From Protoeuglena noctilucae (taxonomy: Eukaryota): DNA of 64,000 bases. Position numbers and translations under genes: made by a program. Under the pieces are notes generated by a model. That model did no database searches, was not told the DNA's origin, and saw only the letters and a list, made by a program, of their open reading frames with translations. The stretch covers positions 124,001 through 188,000 of the forward strand of contig OY253682.1 in assembly GCA_958009085.1 (NCBI GenBank), in the 5' to 3' direction. Below are positions 59,495-64,000 of this stretch, one piece after another (position 1 is the first letter of the stretch; each line of letters starts with the position of its first letter).

Positions 59495-61280
59495 TGGTAT
59501 CTATTAGTATCTGTCATGGTTCCCTGAGGGTTAGAGAGCAGGAACGAGACAAGCCGTTGTCACGACAGTGTGCTAGCACCAGCGCCTTCTTGCTCTGCTC
59601 CTTCCTTTGCACCTGTAGATTTCTGTCGAACCGTTTTTCTCGATTGGATGTTCTCAAACGCCGTTCACCTTCAATTGCTTTACCGTGCAAGGCCACTAAA
59701 ACGTCTGCCCAGCTGCAGCCAGGAGACGTCGCAAGGGGCCATGGGGGCTACAGAGAGGCGTCGAGCGGAGTGCAAAGCTCGAGAGAGACCACATGAGAGC
59801 CGGCCACTGCCCCGAGGGGCGGTGGGACCTCGTGGCGCCCCCGCGACGCAGCGTCCCGTCAGAGCGGGGCAGTCGCTGAGCGGCCGTGGCTGGCCGAGGG
59901 GCGGTGGTCTGTGGCGATCGGCGACGGCGGGAAAGGGCGGGCCTGGGATCGACGCGGAGAGACCCGAGGCGGGCGCCCGAGGACGGCTACGAGGGGCGAC
60001 GAGGATGCTCCTCGCGTGCCAGTGACACCGCGGGATGTGGCTGGAAACGCGGCAGGCTGCGTGAGAGCGGCGCTCTGGCCGCGGCGCCGCCGGGAGGCGA
60101 CGTGGCGATGTGGCCGGGCTGAGGTTGCCGGGCGCTGAGCTCGGAGCTCGGGCGGTGGCCAGCACGAAGGCAGCAAAGCCAGGAGCGGAACGGAAGGCAA
60201 TGAGGCATGGAGCGCAGGCACGTCTAGGGCGCATCATGCAATGCGCAGGCAACTCCAGAGGCATCCACGGGCATGGAACATGGGACTAGGATGGGCGGGG
60301 CAATGGGAGGGGAAGCGAGGGGAGGGAAAAGCGCACGCTGCCGGCGGACAGCGCGCACGCCGCTGAAGTGGGTCGAGTGGGCCCTCTATGCTAGAGACGC
60401 TGCGAACCCAGTCGCGCTCTGGGCGCTACGGCGGCGGGGAAGGGAGGTGGACACAGGGCCGCCGCACATGCAACGGGGCGCTGTGCAGGGAAGAGGGGCC
60501 AAAGAAGGGTGGGTAGGGCCCCAGGTGCACGCACGCACGTGCTCAAGGAAAGCCGCGCGGGCCGGGAGTGGGTCCCGCGGGCCGCAACGCTGGCGCCAGG
60601 CGCAGCCGCGCCGTTGCGCAGGGCGCGCCAACGCGCATAGGCGCGCTCGCCGTCAGACGACGGCGTAGGAAAACAGGGTACCGCAAACGTGCGTGGTGGT
60701 GGCCCGGGGGCTGTTGTGAAAGGGAAGGGGGGCTAGGCGCGAGAGGGCGCGCCGCGCGACTAGGGCGGACGGGCGAAGGGTCGCTTCGCACCATCACGGC
60801 TAGAGACGGGGCCTCTGGGGAGGCTGCATGAGGGCAACGACAGGGCAGCTAGGCCTGGGACGGAGAGGTTCTCCAGGCGGTGAAAGGGAAAGGCAAGGCG
60901 CCCGTCGGGATTGGGGCTAGCCGGGCGTCGCGAGCAGGCTATTGCGGTGGGCCCGCCGCATGGCACCGGCGCTAGGGCAAAGGTCGCAGGGCAGCCGGGC
61001 CCGCGGAGTTGGGCCGGCGCTGGAGACGGGGGAAGGAGTAACGTGGACGAGGGCAACAGAGGAAGAGAGGGCGCGCAGAGGGGACGCGCCGCTGCGCTCG
61101 CCGCGCCTGTGGTGTGCGGGGAGGGGCGACCTCCCGAGGGTTGCAGGCGCGCGTGAGGGAATGGGAGTGGCCGGAAAGGGGCCGCGATGGGGCGGCGCGC
61201 TCGCGGGAAAACCGACGGTCCGCCCGGAGGCTAGGGGCAGGCTAGGCGAGCGCGCGGGTGCGCCGGGATGGAGTGGCATC

Positions 61281-63279
61281 TCACGCCGACTCCTTGACCA
61301 TCTTGCTGATCCTCTTGAGGATTTCCATGGTCACTTCCACGGAAAGGTCGATGGCAAGGGCCTGCGGGCGGGGCGGCAGGCGCAAGGGTCAAGGGTCATG
61401 CAATGCATCCCCATGTTGCGCGTGGGCGTGTGGGCTGGCTGCAGCAGGTGGCTGGCCCTCGCGGCACGCGGCGGCTCGTCACCTGCACCGTCGCGTAGTC
61501 CGCGGGCGGGTAGTTGAGGCATGCGTTGCCGCGCTGACCCCGGCAACCGACGGCCATGACGTCATGGGCCCTCGCAGCCAGGGCGGGGGTCGGGAAGCTC
61601 CCCAAATAGAGTTGCTTCCCGTCGTGCCTGAGAAGGGAGCGAGAGGGCGCGGTGATCGTTGGTGGCAGTCCCGCTGTGCCAGCCGCCTGTCAAGATGAGA
61701 TGGGTCGTGTGGCGAGCGTTGGGTCGCGTGATGCGCATGCGACTGCGCAGAACGCTCACCAGAGGTGCCCCTCGTACATGGCGGTGCGCCGGTGGAAGGT
61801 AACGCCGCGGAAGCTGCGGGGGCGGGCAGGGACGAGCGCATGCCGTGAGGCTGAGCACAGTACACGCTTGCGAGGCACAGTCCGGGATTATGTAAAAGCG
61901 ACATCAATCATAAATCAAACGCAATGCCCCGACTCGTTTCGTTGCCACACACCGCCGCCCGTACTTGCGCCACATGCCGCACAGCCCAGCCCAGCCCAGC
62001 CCACGCGCACCCGCACCTGCCCTTGCGCTTGGCAAATTCGGCGTGCGTCGTGGCACGCGTGCGGAGGACCTCAGGGTCAGACAGCATGACGCGGCAGCAC
62101 TCGTGGAGCAGAGCCTCGCGCGCCGCCTCGTCGACGGGCTCGGGCACGGCCGGGGCAGCCGGGGCAACCTGCAGGTGCGTTGGTGCACACATCAGACATC
62201 GGTTGGGTGGGGCGGTGTGCCAGGGACATGCAAGTCGCGAGAATGAGGGCAGTCAGATGCAAGTGAGATGCGCCGCAATGCCGGGCGGCCGTCAACGAGG
62301 CAGGCTATCTCTCAACCAAACACACACTTGAAATAGCAGTGGCGCGCAGGCGTACATTGCACGCGGCAATCACCTGCGGGATCGCCGCCCACGCCCCCGG
62401 GACCTGGCGCGCGGCGGAACGGGCGATCGGCTCGACGGAAGACACCGCCACCACCGGGCTGGAGGCCGGGGCGACCGTCCCATAGCACGGGGCCACGGGC
62501 GCGACCATTGCATGTGCGACGGCGGGCTGGGCGGGGATGTCCATTACGACCGGCGGCGGAGTGAGGATGCGCGGGGCCGACGCGGGGGCCCGGGGCTCCC
62601 CGGCGACCATGAGCTGGTCCGCTGGGGCAGCGAAGAGCGAGGGCAGGGCCGCGAACGGGTCGTTCTCTGCGCACTCCGGCGTGGGCGCGCTGGTCCGGCG
62701 AGACTTGCCCTCCCGTGCTCCATGGAAGGCCGCGAAAGAGTCGAGGTCGATGGACTGCGGGGAAGTTACGGGGCCAACTGATCAAGTCGCTCTCGCCGGC
62801 CGTCCCCGCCTACTCCCGCAGGCGCTCAACTCCCGCGCCTGCCGCGCAGGTAGAGTGGATCTTCGGAAACTCACAGGTGGCCGCTTCTTGGCTCCGGCGG
62901 GCGACAGGGCGGGGCTGCCGTCCACAGAGACGGCAGTGCTCTCGGCAAGCTTATCCTCCGCGATGCTCCACATCTGCGTCTCCTCGCCGCTGCCAACGGC
63001 ATCCGGAGAGCCGCAGAGCGCGCGCGAGTAGGGCGCGGCGGGCGCTAGCGCCGGGTCCGCGAAGAGCGAGGCGTCCTTTGCAGCGGGCGCTGGAGGGGCG
63101 AGGAACCGCGCCACGTCGGGGTAGCGAGGCGCCGCGGAGGTGTGCGCCATGTTGAGAGAGGAGTCTTCAAGCAGGGAAGTCGCCGTGAAGAGCAAGTCGT
63201 CGGCGGCATCGACCGGGGTCGCCCCGAAGGTCTCGGCCCATTCAAGAAGCCCGTCGTCGAAGTGCAGGCCGTCTGCCAT
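61281..63279 (-). CDS. AP2-domain transcription factor (one AP2 domain seen)
   Basis: FRGVTFHRRTAMYEGHLW|...KQLYLGSFPTPALAARAHDVMA...RG...LNYP, followed by EILKRISK; ATG at 63279. Confidence 0.85.
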
Positions 63280-64000
63280 GGTTGCGCCCGTCAGATTGGA
63301 CTGCGGGAGAGGGGAAGTGCAGGAGAAGGCGTCGTTCCCGCGCAGCGCGGCCCTGAGGTAAACGCACCGCGACCCTCCGTTTTCGGCAAGCCCCCGGAGC
63401 GCAAACGGGCGGGCGCGCGGCCAGTTCAGGGCCGAAAATAAACTCCTGACGCAACTATGGCGACCGCAGCGGCCAGAGGGGCTGCGCGGGGCCCAAGATG
63501 AGGGGTCCGGACCGCGCGCCCAAGGGGAACGTCGACGGGGGGCGCGGCCAGGTCCAGCGGGGGAGATGAGGGGTAAAGACTGCGACTTCGCGTCTCGCGT
63601 GGCCCGAGGCGCGCCGCCTGGGGCGCTCCAGCGCTCGCCCCGCACGGGCACGGAGAGGCTCCGCTCGCGGCATCTCGAGGTCGTGTTAAGATAAGGAAAC
63701 CACAGGGGCATGGGAAATCCGCGCCTCAGCAGCGCGCGGGGCGGCCCGGTCCGGCCCGCGGGCGCCCCAACGACCCGCGACCCGATGGCCATCCGGAGCG
63801 CGGGGCAGCGGTAGAGTGGAAACGTGATAAGTGGGCGGTGACCCGCAAACGACCGGGACGCCGGCCCTGCCCAGACAAAGGTGCGGGAAGGTGGTCCCAG
63901 CGGGGCGTGCGGGCGCGCGGGCATCTGACTCCCTCGCGTCGTCCAGCGACAGGAGTAGATGAGATCTCTCGAGCCTCACCCTCGCTGGAGCAGCTGCGTG

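Noticed and set aside
59500..61250. Additional gene between the NIP30-like and AP2 genes
   Set aside because: Only Arg/Gly/Ala-rich spurious ORFs; more likely UTR or intergenic, although further AP2 3' exons cannot be excluded

Overview
GC-rich, intron-rich eukaryotic DNA, most consistent with a green alga (inferred from plastid-targeted NFU, DUF506, AP2 and OSCA genes; species not identifiable). Protein genes in order: two tandem long-chain acyl-CoA synthetases (-), OSCA/TMEM63 channel (+), stop-interrupted intronless F-box/ankyrin gene (+), membrane-anchored COMT-like methyltransferase (-), DUF506 (+), a hypothetical gene (-), a decayed ~5.6 kb Plavaka/CACTA-like DNA transposon, a Cys-rich hypothetical gene (+), PRP4 kinase (+), RPS11 (+), a large MAPKBP1/WDR62-like WD40 gene (+), plastid NFU (-), FAM192A/NIP30-like (+) and an AP2 transcription factor (-). 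Three signals are invisible to the ORF track. (1) The gap at ~39.1-41.7 kb is a minus-strand spliced, apparently non-coding host gene, head-to-head with RPS11, whose introns hold about nine C/D and H/ACA snoRNAs; one candidate is a ~310-nt composite C/D-H/ACA RNA that appears to target rRNA. (2) At least eight introns in five genes contain degenerate 'echo' copies of their own exon/intron junction. (3) GC-AG introns and G-rich-5'/C-rich-3' introns are frequent. Exon boundaries and rRNA targets were read by eye, and rRNA target sequences are recalled conserved motifs, not search results.
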